Source: Octopus vulgaris
Lineage: Eukaryota
Direction: 5' to 3'
Assembly: GCA_951406725.2 (NCBI GenBank)
Contig: OX597814.1
Location: 54,560,001 to 54,624,000, forward strand
Length of the DNA: 64,000 nucleotides
This document shows, piece after piece, positions 13,016 through 25,470 of the stretch. The number at the start of each line of letters is the position of its first letter. The stretch's first letter is position 1. Under the pieces are notes generated by a model that made no database searches, had not been told where the DNA came from, and saw nothing but the letters and a program-made list of their open reading frames with translations. A program made the position numbers and the translations under genes.

Positions 13016-13422
13016 GGCGGCGAGCTGGCAGAAACGTTAGCACGCCGGGCGAAATGCTTAGCGGTATTTCGTCTGCGTTACGTTGTGAGTTCAAATTCCG
13101 CCGAGGTCGACTTTGCCTTTCATCCTTTCGGCGTCGATAAATTAAGTACCAGTTACGCACTGGGGTCGATGTAATCGACTTAATACCTATGTCTGTCCTT
13201 GTTTGTCCCCTCTGTGTTTAGCCCCTTGTGGGTAATAAAGAAATAGGTATTTCATCCGCCGCTGCGTTCTGAGTTCAAATTCCGCCGAGGTCGACTTTGC
13301 CTTTCATCCTTTCGGGGCCGATAAATTAAGTACCAGTTACACACTGGAGTCGATGTAATCGACTTACTCCAACTGTCTGTCCTTGTTTGTCTCCTCTGTG
13401 TTTAGCCTCTTGTAAAGAAATA
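13016..13422 (+). mobile_element. tRNA-derived SINE family B (Meta-domain-like) with internal tandem duplication
   Basis: GGCGGCGAGCTGGCAGAAACGTTAGC head; GAGGTCGACTTTGCCTTTCATCCTTTCGG..TCGATAAATTAAGTACC core present twice. Flanked by near-identical AGTATTG(T/G)TACTAGA target-site duplications at 13000-13014 and 13423-13437. Confidence 0.85.
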
Positions 13423-13720
13423 AGTATTGGTACTAGATTACTTCATTTTTCAGATTTACTGAGTCCTTAATAAAAGCATTTTGGAGTCAAAATACTTGTT
13501 TTGTTCAAATTTCATTATCGTCTTTTCTAACGACGGATACTTTGCCATTTTGTGTGGATCGCTTATTTCAAGCCTTCTATAATTTCGGATTTATTTTTAT
13601 GTTATATTTTTACTCTCTTTCTTTTTTGCACTCTTTTTTTTATTCCAGTATTGTCTTTTGGGTATTAATTTCATCAAGGATTAATGGATTTTTGAAATTC
13701 TATTTTCTGTCTTTTGCTAT

Positions 13721-14097
13721 GTGGAAGTGCAATGGCCCAGTGGTTAGGGCAGCGGAGTCGCAGTCATAGGATCGCGGTTCCGATTCCCAGACCGGGCGTT
13801 GTGAGTGTTTATTGAGCGAAAACACTTAAAGCTCCACGAAGCTCCTGTGTGGGGTGGTGGTGAACCATGCTGTGCTCTTTCACCACAACTTTCTCTCACT
13901 CTTTCTTCCCGTTTCTGTTGTACATGTATTTCAGAGGGCCTGCTTGTCACACTCTGTGTCACGCTGAATCTCCCCGAGAGATACGTTAAGAGCACACGTG
14001 TCTGTGGAATGCTCAGCCACTTGCACGTTAATTTCATGAGCAGGCTGTTCCGCTCATTGGATCAACTGGAACCCTCGTCATCGTAACCGACGGAATG
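13721..14097 (+). mobile_element. tRNA-derived SINE (family C-related)
   Basis: A box TGGCCCAGTGG and B box GGTTCCGATTCC, followed by a TTGAGCGAAAACACTTAA core. Confidence 0.75.
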
Positions 14098-14277
14098 CTA
14101 TATATTCATTTAAAATGTTGTTTAGGTTTTGATGTTCCCAACTACTGTTCTTTGCTACAGTATATATTATTTCGTTTACCTGTTGTTACTTAAAATTCTT
14201 GACTGTTTTTATTAAGTGTGGCTCGGATTTTGCCTTTTTATTGTTGTTACTAATTCAAATTTTATTCCTTGAAGTTA

Positions 14278-15607
14278 CGAGGGTAACTCTGTAATGTGAC
14301 CAAATAAGGTTTATTTTTCAACATAGGCGCAGGAGTGGCTGTGTGGTAAGTAGCTTGCTTACCAACCACATGGTTCTGGGTTCATTCCCACTGCGCGGCA
14401 CCTTGGGCAAGTGTCTTCTACTATAGCCTCGGGTCGACCAAAGCCTTGTGAGTGGATTTGGTTGACGGAAACTGAAAGAAACCCGTAGTATATATGTATA
14501 TATGTATGTGTGTGTATATGTTTGTGTGTCTGTGTTTGTCCCCCCAACATCGCTTGACAACCGGCAAAAGAGACCGATAGAATAAGTTCTAGGCTTCCAA
14601 AGAATAAGTCCTGGTGTCGATTTGCACGACTAAAGGCGGTGCTCCAGCATGGCCGCAGTCAAATGACTGAAACAAGTAAAAGAGTAAAAGAGAGATAGCC
14701 TCCCTTGCGGTCCACACATTTCTCCTGTGGGTGTTGCAGTGCTTGAACCCATTGGTGAAGAAGCTTTCATTCTGTTGGTCAAAAATGTCATCAACAGTAG
14801 ATATATCGTCATCATCACTGCAATACTGGTCCCCAGTCAAGTGCTTATTCATGTTGGGAAACAGATGACAGTCAGATGAGGCCAAACTCGGAGAATAGGG
14901 AGGCTGGTCAACCAGTCATGCACAGCAGCCATTGGCAACAAGGACTTGCATGCTGGATCATTGTCCTGATGCAACAAGAGCCCTTTTGTCAGTTTTCCTG
15001 GCCGTTTGGTCTTGATAAACTTTCGTAACTACCTCTGCTAGATGGGATAGTATGCTGATGGTGTGACCTTTTTGCAGATAGTCAAGAAACACAATGCCTT
15101 TTGCATCCTCCAAAACTGAGGCCACCACCTTCCCTGCAGATGAAACGATCTAGGCCTTCTTTGGAGCTGGTGAAGAGGAGTGGCTCCACTGCATGGATTG
15201 TTCTACTACATGGATCAATGTTTTCCTCGCTGGTGACAGTTGCAGTACTTACAGACTTTGGGTAATTTTCAAGACCCTCCCTTTCCCTTCTAAATTCAGC
15301 TGCTCGCTTTTGCATTGCTGCTAAAGCCGGAGTGTCAAACCGTAATGCAACAGCCATGTCAGCATTAATGCCCTTGGGGCTAAACCCTTTTTCTGCAGGT
15401 ACTTGATAACACACCACGGTGTCAAATTTTGCCCATTTTCAAGAGAAGTCGTCACAAGTTACTTTCAAAATTTTTTGAACAGTCAGATGTGAGCTTGCCT
15501 GAAAAAAAATGCAGTTATTAATAAGAAGAGTTGAGATTAATGCAAAATTTCACAGCTCTAGCAGCACTCCTTCATAGCCAGCCTATGACCTTCTCAGCTC
15601 ACCCTCG
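14278..15607 (-). mobile_element. Decayed mariner (Tc1/mariner) element interrupted by a SINE
   Basis: TA|CGAGGGT...ACCCTCG|TA inverted ends. Minus-strand remnants LLHQDNDPA and QPPYSPSLASSDCHLFPN (mariner HDNAxxH and YSPDLAPxD motifs), plus an HTH remnant in ORF 15082-15417. Confidence 0.8.
14326..14695 (+). mobile_element. tRNA-derived SINE family A, inserted in the mariner element
   Basis: GGCGCAGGAGTGGCTGTGTGGTAAG head, CCTTGGGCAAGT CORE-like motif and GGCGGTGCTCCAGCATGGCCGCAG...GTAAAAGA tail. Confidence 0.9.
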
Positions 15608-16799
15608 TACTTTCGTTGGTGTACAAGAAGATGTGCCATTGGTTTTACTTCTTTAACTATTTCCACTTTTAGAAAATTATCATATTTATCATTTCCATCT
15701 TTAGAACTTTCTGTTATTAAGTCTTTCTTATAATCTCTTTTATTATTTGTTTGCCAAATCTTGGTTTTCTAATTTACTATATTTTTTCTGTGGTTTATGA
15801 AATTTCCTTTTGGATTTGGCTATGCATATTCTTGAATTATTTAGTCTGTTGAGATTCAATGCTATTTTTAAACCGAGATTATTTTCTTTCAAAATTTTAT
15901 ACGAGTATAGAGTCATGTAGCCATAAAATGTGTTTGTTGTATAAACCTATATTTTTCTCGTTTACATTAAAACATTTTCTGTTTTATTTACAATTCAAAG
16001 TATGCATTTCCTTTTTTCGAGCTTTTTATGCAAAAAATTTAAATTGTTCATTCCATTTTTAATCTTGGGCTAAATGGTGTTGATTTTATATCGCCAGCAT
16101 GATCAAGCTGGAGGAAACACAATCTACAATCTAATGTTTTAGATATATTAGGCTTCATCTAGTGTTATGTAGTGTTAGCTGAGAATAATACTACATACTT
16201 TAATATGCACTTAGAGTTTAATGTTATATTTGGATAGTTGTCCTCTCTCCACTTTCAATTTCACTTCTTTACGCTTGTTGTTGTTTAGTCCCGATCAACA
16301 TTGGTCAAGAAGACCTATGATAAAAGGGTCGTTCAACCGTTACTATACCGTCTTTTTAGAGATATCTAAGATCATATTAGTTAATGTTTCCATTATATTT
16401 TTAAATGTGGTTGTAGTTTTTTGAACGGAGATTTAGTTTCTGTTTCTAGTAGGTCGCAAGACAAGGTAGTCACGATTATTGGCATTGTACACCTGTAGAT
16501 TCTAATCGTCGCCACAGTAAAGTGGAGTCGGTCAGAACACAACAGTTACTGTTCTTCTACATTTATCATTGATGATGTATATCCCTTCGCAGTTCTTGCA
16601 TTTACTGAGACCATTGATGACGCAGCTGTGCAAATATGTCATGTTTTTTCATGTTGATGTGGGATGTTAGGAGATATAGTGCTTTTAGAATGGCGTTTTG
16701 GAGTGTTGTTCGTATTATGGCTATGTCTGAGTGTTTCTACGTGATTTTTGCTGCCGTAGGAAGGACTATGAGATTTTAATGCACTCTTCTTATGTAAGG

Positions 16800-16920
16800 A
16801 GTTGCTCTCTACTCATCACTGATGAGTAGATTTGTTATCGGACCTTTCTTGGGTACAATCATCAAAAGTGATGAAAAATGGGTTCTCTATAATTATATCC
16901 AACGAAAACGACAGTAGTTA
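16800..16920 (+). mobile_element. Mariner transposase fragment
   Basis: Reads IIKSDEKWVLYNYIQRKRQ, matching the xGDEKW first catalytic Asp motif of Mos1-like transposases. Confidence 0.6.
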
Positions 16921-16929
16921 GCACTTAAT

Positions 16930-17044
16930 ATATATATGTGTGTGTTTATAAGTGTATCTATCTGTCTATCTGTCTGTTTCACTCTCTCTCTCTCCTCTCT
17001 CATTCTTTCTGTATGTGTGTGTATACACACACATAAATAAATAA

Positions 17045-17089
<45 letters not shown>

Positions 17090-17780
17090 TGCACATGCAT
17101 TTCACACTCACGCACATACACACACACACACATACATACATACGCATACATATTACACACACACACATACACACACATAGACTCAAATGCCTGCACATAC
17201 GCGCACACACATGCACACAGATACCAACAATTCTTCACAATCTACTGTCCCAGAAAGCACTTTCTTTTTATCCATCTACTTTTGGTCATTTCCAATATGT
17301 AACTACACGTGAGCTGTTGGCGATTTTTCTCCTCCTTCTTTTTCTTTTGAACTTTCCTATGTCTCCTGTTTCCGAAACGTAAAACAGACAGTCTTTCTTT
17401 CTTTCTTTGTCTGAGCGTCTCATTAATACTTCGGATGTTTACGTCCTTGCGTTCTTGTTTTTTCTTGTCCTTTTTTTTATCTCCTTTGTTTTTTTAATTA
17501 ACCGTATGTATGTGTGTGTATATATATATATACACACACACACATACATACATACATACATATATATACATACACACACACACACATACACACACACACA
17601 TATATATATATATATACATACACATATTCACACATGTATGTATATGTGTGTGTGTGTATGTGCGCGTACACATGGGTGTGCGTATATTTCTGTGTGTGCA
17701 TGTATGCATGTATTTATGTATGTGAATATAAAAAAGGACAGAAGTATACTGAACGTGAGTGAGTGTGTGTATGTGTAAAT
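16930..17780. repeat. Two compound (TA)/(CA)/(TG) microsatellite tracts
   Basis: Visible simple repeats at about 16930-17220 and 17505-17780; they account for the ORFs called here. Confidence 0.9.
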
Positions 17781-18285
17781 CTGGTCTGGTATTTTAACAA
17801 ACCGGTCTAGTGACAAACAAATCTGTGCATTCATAGGTAATTATTCCCCTTTTACCACTTAACATTTAAGACCTATACCTCTACGAGTTAAATTATTCTG
17901 ACCAGTAAGCACTTTTCTTGCCACAATAAATGTCTTGTTAAACAGGTAACTTTGCTTCCCTGAATAATTCTGGAGGCCTCCTTAACACTCAGTCTTTTAT
18001 AAACTCGTTGACACCTGGACAAACGGCTCAGCTATGTTCGTAAAAATATTTTATTCATGAGCATTTGATTTCATTTAGACCATCTATTTCTTGGCCTCTC
18101 CTATAACCTATAGCTGTAATTCTGGTCCCTCTTGCTCTCTGTCTTTCTGTCGCACACTCTCAGTCTTGTACGCACGTACACACACTAATTACATAACACA
18201 GAATCACCCCCCACCCACACAAGTTGAAAAACTTTATTATGATATCTGAACCCTTTAGCATTTAAACTGGCCATATCCAGCCCAA

Positions 18286-18545
18286 GTGGAGGCGCGTGGC
18301 TTAGTGGTTAGGGTGTCAGCATCATGATCATAAGATTGTGGTTTCGATTCCTGGACCGGGCGACGCGTTGTGTTCTTAAGCAAAACACTTCATTTCACGT
18401 TGCTCCAGTCCACCCAGCTGGCAAAAATGAGTAACGCTGTGATGGACTGGCGTTCCGTTCAGCTGGGGAACACATACGCCATTGAAACCGGGAAACCGGG
18501 CCCATGAGCCTAGCTAGGCTTTAAAAGGGCATATTTATTTATTTT
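18286..18545 (+). mobile_element. tRNA-derived SINE family C
   Basis: GGAGGCGCGTGGCTTAGTGGTTAGG head, GGTTTCGATTCC B box and CTCCAGTCCACCCAGCTG core. Flanking CCAGCCCAA duplication. Confidence 0.85.
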
Positions 18546-18673
18546 ATTTTTTATACCCAGCCCAAACCAGCGAGACCCAGAGTCTTACTCTTATTCTACA
18601 ACGTCATTCTATAAATAATCACATCATCGAGATTACGAAGCTACGAGACAATAATTTGAATAAATAAGCATTA

Positions 18674-18898
18674 CGAGGAGGTGCTGAAAAGTTCCTGGCT
18701 TTGGGTCAAAGAAAATACTGGAGCATCAGTTAATAATGATTTTATTCAACATATTCCCCTCTCAGATTCATACACTTATTGCAGCGGTTTTCAAGTTTTT
18801 CTAAGCTTTGTAAAAGAACTCGGAAGGTTGGGCTTCCAGCCAGGCCTTTCGCGATGTCGCTATACTCTTAAAACTAGAAACTTTTCAGCACCTCCTCG
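18674..18898. mobile_element. Mariner-type MITE, copy 1
   Basis: TA|CGAGGAGGTGCTGAAAAGTT...AACTTTTCAGCACCTCCTCG terminal inverted repeats; homologous to 20392-20612. Confidence 0.85.
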
Positions 18899-19147
18899 TG
18901 TGTGTGTAAAATATCTATAAAATTGAACTTTTCTCTGTGTGTGTGTGTGTGTACAAAAATTTAATGTATCTCAATAACTTCTACATCTTTCATCCGATTT
19001 CTTGAAAATTGTTATACACAGCTGCTTCATATCCCAGACCCGAATATAGGCTACTTAGATTTAAGAATCTAAGTAAACCTCTAGACCGATGGGAAGCCAA
19101 CAATAGACGATTCTTATTCATTTGCATTAATCAATTGTTTTATAATC

Positions 19148-19507
19148 TGTAGGGTCTTCCATACTTTTTAAATCTTTTTATAAAAGTGAAAGGATTTTAT
19201 CTATTTATTTATTTTCACTGTCCATCAGCGGCGGTGATTAAATTGACCAGGAACACTGAACGCATTCATTTCCACAATTCCCAACCGATTTTCACCACAC
19301 ATTACTTATGTCCTAAGGATGGTCATGCACTAAACATTTGGCCAAGAGCTCCTGCGTAAATAGACCTAAGTGGACATAGTTTTTTTTTGTATGCAGGGTC
19401 TTCCATACTTTTTTAATCTTTTTATAAAAGTGAAAGAATTTTGTCTATTTATTTATTTCAACTGTCCACCTGCCACGGTGATTAAATTGACTAGGAACAC
19501 TGTACGC
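19148..19507. repeat. About 115-bp direct repeat (19148-19263 and 19393-19507) within a decayed repeat
   Basis: GGGTCTTCCATACTTTTT...AAAAGTGAAAG..TTTT.TCTATTTA...GGTGATTAAATTGAC.AGGAACACTG.ACGC occurs twice. Confidence 0.8.
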
Positions 19508-20344
19508 GATGAATATCCAATATCGAACAATCTTAATCTCAATATTTAAACTGCATTAATCTTTGGCAAGCTTACCTTTATCTATTCTGAGTTACTTGAA
19601 AGGTGATGCTCCCTTCCCTCTCTTCTATTTGTTGATACCTTTGTTTATCTACCAATGCATTGTTTCACTTCACTAAAGTGTGCTTATTTACCCATCCATT
19701 ATGATATTTCGACTGTTGTCCATTGTTTCAAATACATTTTAGTATTGTCGTTCAAACCTTTTATAACAATTACCTATGATTCGTTCCAAAGAATCAACCT
19801 TTAAATAAAAATTCTGCTTCCACTAGTCAAAACTATACGTATGTTTCAGGAAGCTCCATACCAATTTAACTTTATGCAGCATTCGTTGTTAGTTTATGCG
19901 CAGGCTTATGTGGGAAGACAGAATAAAGAGGCCTTTGTTAGGCTTATCTCTCCGAAAAAATAGCTCCCTTTGCTGTTGAAAAAAGTAAATTTGAAAGGGG
20001 CAAGTTTCAACGTCTTCCTCGAATTTCATTACATCATTTGTGTGGCTGTTTATGACAAGAAATTTTGCTTTCATATAAAACAATTATATTTTGTAGTCGT
20101 TATCCGTAATCAACTCCCAAAACACTTCAATAGCTCTTTTCATCGCTTGCAATCTTATATGTTCTATGATAATTAGAGTGCAACGACCTTCACAATAACC
20201 AGCCTTCAATTTGATTTTCTGTTCAAAGGCTAATCGGAAGCATAGATTGCCGCGCTACTCATAACCCTTTTCGGTAGTTCAATTATTTGTTGAAAAAAAT
20301 ACCATCAAAGTAACGTAAACCAGTCCAAAGGACGGGTGCGTTTG

Positions 20345-20391
<47 letters not shown>

Positions 20392-20392
<1 letters not shown>

Positions 20393-20612
20393 GAGAGGTA
20401 CTAGAAAGTTCCTGGCTTTGGGTAAAATAAAATATAGGAGGTTAAGTTAATTATGATTTTATTCAACATATTCCCCTCTCATATTCATACATTATTGCAG
20501 CGGTCTTTCAGTTTTTCTAAGCCCTCAGTTTTTCTACGTACCCAGAAGATTGGGCCTCCAGCCAGTCCTTTCGCGATATCCTTAAAGCCAAGAACTTTTC
20601 AGCATCCGCTCG
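20392..20612. mobile_element. Mariner-type MITE, copy 2, next to a (TA)n run
   Basis: Same internal sequence as 18674-18898 (AAAGTTCCTGGCTTTGGGT...TTTTATTCAACATATTCCCCTCTCA), with TA flanks. Confidence 0.85.
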
Positions 20613-21011
20613 TATATTTGACAGCGTAATCTGAATGTAAACGGGTTAAGATGTCGAAAATCTGAAAGTGCTTAGAGAACTTCTGGGAGGTAGAGAGTTA
20701 GTTGCTTTGGATCACACACTGGATCACGCACTGGAAAGGAGTTCATTTGCAAGCGTGGCTTGCTTGGCCCAGTTAAGTCGACGGAAGATTGTGGCGGAGG
20801 CTTAAACAGCAGCACAACTGTTGAGTACCTTGTTTACCATCTATTTTGCAGTCCACTCTGTGTTGATAATGCCGTAAGAGCATGCACACGTTCGTATTTA
20901 GTAACAACAAAGAGAAGTGGGAGAAGAAAAAGAAGTAGGGGAGGACGAGAAAAAAGAAGAAGAAGAAGAAGAGACCCACGGAAATAGATTTCGAAAGATT
21001 TCCATTCACAA

Positions 21012-21442
21012 GCATGCATGCATGCATGCATGCATACATACATACATACATACATACATACATACATACATACATACATACATACATACATACATACATA
21101 CATACATACATACATACATACATACATACATACATACATACATACATACATACATACATACATACATACATACATACATACATACATACATACATACATA
21201 CATACATACATACATACATACATACATACATACATACATACATACATACATACATACATACATACATACATACATACATACATACATACATACATACATA
21301 CATACATACATACATACATACATACATACATACATACATACATACATACATACATACAAAACATAACATAACATAACATAACATAACATAACATAACAAG
21401 ATTACATAACATAACATAACATAACATAACATAACATAACAT
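21012..21442. repeat. Compound microsatellite (GCAT)n-(ACAT)n-(ACATA)n
   Basis: About 320 bp of perfect ACAT, bounded by GCAT and ACATA runs. Confidence 0.97.
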
Positions 21443-21604
21443 AGACAGAAATAATGGGTTTATGGAATCAGTGCAGACTTGGCGTATGCTGTGTAGGGTG
21501 GATGTGGACGATGTATGGTCAGATAAAGTTAAAGATGGATAAAGAATCACGTCATCTGCGTTAGAGATGTAAGATTTGGCGTCAAGTGTATGTATGTGTG
21601 CTAT

Positions 21605-21762
21605 ATTGGTTTCAAATTTTGGCACAAGGCCAGCAGGTTTGGGGGAGGGGTTTAGTCAGTTACATCGACCTCGACGGAATTTGAACTCAGAATATAAAGA
21701 CGTACGAAATGCCGCTAAACATTTTGCCCGGCGTACTAACGGTTCTTCCAGGTCGCCGCCTT
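21605..21762 (-). mobile_element. SINE family B, internally deleted
   Basis: GGAATTTGAACTCAGAA...CCGCTAAACATTTTGCCCGGCGTACTAACG...GGTCGCCGCC is the reverse complement of the family B head. Confidence 0.7.
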
Positions 21763-22849
21763 CTGCATGTGGCATCAAATACATGGCTATATTCTACCTT
21801 CGTCTTTCTGTTAAGCGGTTTTGTTTTTCATATTTTTACAAGTTTCTTGCAGTGTATTTCAAACTGCAAAGATCCTAAATCCATCAACGTCATTTCTTGA
21901 CTTTCATTGTCTCATCTGCGAGATGAAGTGATGCTAGTGATGCTACATATAGTGTGTAGGACCAATGCATCTGATGCTGACGGTACCACTGGTGACCAAT
22001 ATTGTCTGTAACAAGTATAGATTGTGCGTATTAATTTTAACACTTATAGTGTTGTACTATAATTATTCTTTCCAACATCAAGCGTATATTTTTGTGGAAA
22101 ATTATATATAGCTGGGTTATCCATTGATATTTTTCTATTTATATTTGTGTGATGTGATATAATATATAGCGAGTCTACGGAGGACAGTCGTACTTATATG
22201 GTTAGTATAACAGTTGAAATCACGCTGTTATATCTTATTTTAATCTCTTAGTCATGTTTCCTCCTTTTAGATTTGTTCTCTGCTCAGAGAAGATCTGAAA
22301 AGTAGCGAAATTTGAATGAGTCTGAAAATGTATACTCAAATTGTTATCATGGTAAATGCTAATTTCGCTATTTTAATCTTAGTGCTAAATCTATTGCTCT
22401 GTTGCGATAACAAATTGCATACGATACATTTATTTGAAACTTGTTTGTGGCTACTGCCATGTTCAATCAATACATACTTTGAAAACTTTTTGGTGCGTAT
22501 GGCATGTTTCAGATTGAACTTGCGAATTTCTGTCCCTACAACAACGCAAAATGCAGTAATTCACTAGATATGAACTGATTTACCCAAGGGCTATTCTGTG
22601 CTTAAGCTAATTCTGATATTGTAAGAGAAAAACTAGATCTTTAACTCTTCTATATTGATTAACTTTACTTGCGGTCGCTCGAGGATTAGTAAACCGTAAG
22701 TAAGACACCATTTTTGTTGAATGAATTCCACAATTTATCATTGAAATGATCATGTTGAGTTTACCCTCTAATTTTGAACCCTCATTTAACCTTTTCCTTA
22801 TCCTGAGTATCACATAAGATAAAGTTACCTTCTTGAGTTATGTCGATTC

Positions 22850-23070
22850 ACAAGGGCCGGTTTCCCAGTTTCATGGCGTATAAATTCCTCACCTGGACGG
22901 GACGTCGGTCTGTCGCAGGATTACTAATTTTTGCCAGTTGAGTGGACTGCAGCTATATGAAATTAAGAGTTTTGCTCAAGAACACAACGTGTTGTCCGGT
23001 CCAGGAATCGAAACCACAATCTAAAGATCATGAGTCCAACACCCTATCCACTAAGCCACGCGCCTCCACA
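22850..23070 (-). mobile_element. tRNA-derived SINE family C
   Basis: Ends CCACTAAGCCACGCGCCTCCAC (reverse complement of the head) and contains TTTTGCTCAAGAACACAAC. Confidence 0.85.
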
Positions 23071-23450
23071 TGTGATACACCGGATATATTTCCCTGGTGT
23101 CCGTGCATTCATATATAATACACAGTCCTAATTTTTTTTTCAGCCACGAGATTAACTTAGAGCTAATGAAGGGAAGGCTTTATATTACCCAGAACGTATG
23201 AAACAAGTACGAATTAAAAGTCTGAAAACAGGTATGGACGTTTAGGATAAACTTAGAAAAATGCTTTGAGCAGGCACACGGTTAAACATTTAAAGAGATT
23301 TTAAAAAACAACTGTGAGAACCTCAGAATACTTTAAAAGGCTTCACGTTACGTTTGCTTTGTGGCGGTAAGATTATAGTAAACCCTACCTTACAGAGTCC
23401 CTTCTCTACTAATTAACAATAAACATGTGCTGTATTTTTGTTTTTCAAAT

Positions 23451-23850
23451 CAGGAGTGGCTGTGTGGTAAGTAGCTTGCTTACCAACCACATGGTTCCGA
23501 GTTCAGTCCCACTGCGTGGCACCTTGGGCAAGTGTCAGCCTCGGGCCGACCAAAGCCTTGTGAGTGGATTTGGTAGACGGAAACTGAAAGAAGCCCGTCG
23601 TATATATGTATGTATATATATATGCGTGTGTGTGTTTGTGTATCTGTGTTTGTCCCCCTAGCATTGCTTGACAACTGATGCTGGTGTGTTTATGTCCCCG
23701 TTACTTAACGGTTCGGCAAAAGAGACCGATAGAATAAGTACTGGGCTTACAAAAGAATAAGTTCCGGGGTCGAGTTGCTCGATTAAAGGCGGTGCTCCAG
23801 CATGGCCGCAGTCAAAATGACTGAAACAAGTAAAAGAGTAAAAGAGTAAG
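23451..23850 (+). mobile_element. tRNA-derived SINE family A, near full length
   Basis: Same head, core and tail as 14326-14695; ends GTAAAAGAGTAAAAGAGTAAGAG. Confidence 0.9.
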
Positions 23851-23979
23851 AGTATATATAATAATTGCTGTCTTGTTAGAGGAATTTTATTCTTACCTCA
23901 TCAATCACACTCCATCTTAATAAAGCTTCAACTTTAATAATTTGATGCTTGACGCTAATTCCTCCAATCGCTTTAGATT

Positions 23980-25470
23980 TTTTTTTGCAGTTTCAGCTCA
24001 GAGCTGTGGCCATGCTGGAGCACCGCCGTTTTGCTACACTGTTATTACTAAGATCCTCCTCTAATATGTGGCGCTTGGTGTAGAATGGAGTTTGATGTAG
24101 CTACCCTCATTTGCACCTCTTGCCATGAGGTAGGTTCGTCTGGGACTCTCGACAAGAAGAGGTCCTGCCTTGATTTTAAAACGACTACATCTACTTTGTG
24201 CATGTTCCTCAAGCTCTTTGGGAGAATATCAAAAAGCTGTGGGCTCCTGAAACCCAGGCTGTTACAGTAACTGGTCCTGAAGCGCGATGGCATTCCTGGT
24301 ATCTTTGGCACTGTGCAGTGTCGACCCGTTCTGGCATTGGTGTAGCTTTCAATGCCAAAATTTGACACAATTCCTTCCAGGATCTTCCATACCCTTCCCG
24401 CCTTCGCTCCAGGGAGTAGAGTCTTAGCTGTTTCAGCCTTTCCCAGTAGCTGAGCAGTTGCAAAGAGACGATCTTCTCTGTGAATCTTCGTTGAATTGCT
24501 TCAAGATCCGCTGTTAATTTTACGATGTTGGGTGACCATAGCTGGGAGCAGTAATCCAGGTGGCTGAGGACGAATGTCCTCCAGAGGACCATCATGGTTT
24601 CCTTATCTCTGGTTCTGAATGTTCTCAGGATCCATCCAACCAGTCGTCTGCACTTTGTCACCATCCTGGTGATGTGTACTTGGAAAGAGATATCATCACT
24701 CATGTCAATACCCAGGTCCTTCAGTGATTTAGGCTCTGGGATTGTAATTCCCTGTGAACCAGTGTACCCTGTAAGTTTCATATTCAGTTTTGGAAGCTGG
24801 TAGCGCAGGGCTTGGAATTTTCAGCATTAGACTGCATATTATTATACTGTATTTTCTGCGAGACTTTCGTATCGTCTGCGTAGCTAACAAGGGTGGCTAT
24901 CCGGGCAGTTGAGGGCATATCTGAGAGGGCCACTATGAAAAGCAGTGGTCCCAAGACAGTGCCCTGTGGAACACCGCTCACTATTTGTGTTTTCATTGAG
25001 GTGGCTCCATTGGCCACTACTGCCTGACTTCTATTTTTCAGAAAGCCATGTGACCACTCTCCAAGTTTTCCAGCTATGCTGAGATCACTCAGTTTGTGGC
25101 ATATCATACCATGATTCACTTTGTCAAAAGCTTTTGCAAAATCAAGGTATATTACGTCCATATTTGAGTTGTTGAGTAACTGCCTCAACACCCAGTCATA
25201 ATGTTGTAAGAGCTGAGTCAGGCAGCTCCTACCTGGTCGAAAGTCATGCTGGGTATCACTCAGCAAGTTATTTTCTTCAAGGAATGTGATTAGTTTCCTT
25301 CTGACTATCCTTTTCATGATTTTTGCTGATGTGTGAAGTCAGAGAGATAGACCTACAGTTTTTGGCATCTGCTCTGCTTCCCCCTTAATGGATTGGGCAT
25401 ATTATTCCCTCCTTCAGCTTGCTTGGCAGTCTGCCATTTGCAAGAAAGCTCTGGAAGAGAATCTAGAGGG
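23980..25470 (-). mobile_element. CR1/L2-group LINE, 5'-truncated ORF2 (RT) with 3' tail
   Basis: QHDFRPGRSCLTQLL...DVIYLDFAKAFDKVNH...SGVPQGTVLGPLLF...YADDTK, then KDLGI...LDYCSQLWSP...LEAIQRRFT...SYWERLKQLRLYSLERRR. Several frameshifts; short A tail at about 23980-23987. Confidence 0.92.

Noticed and set aside
13016-13100. tRNA-like A/B boxes here and at other SINE heads
   Set aside because: They run directly into SINE bodies with tails and TSDs; no complete cloverleaf, so they are not tRNA genes.
20773-21625. Long ORFs of up to 263 aa (MYVC/HTYI repeats)
   Set aside because: Translations of the (ACAT)n microsatellite. The same applies to the YI, CV and HT ORFs at 16.9-17.8, 38, 41, 52-54 and 56.7-59.8 kb.
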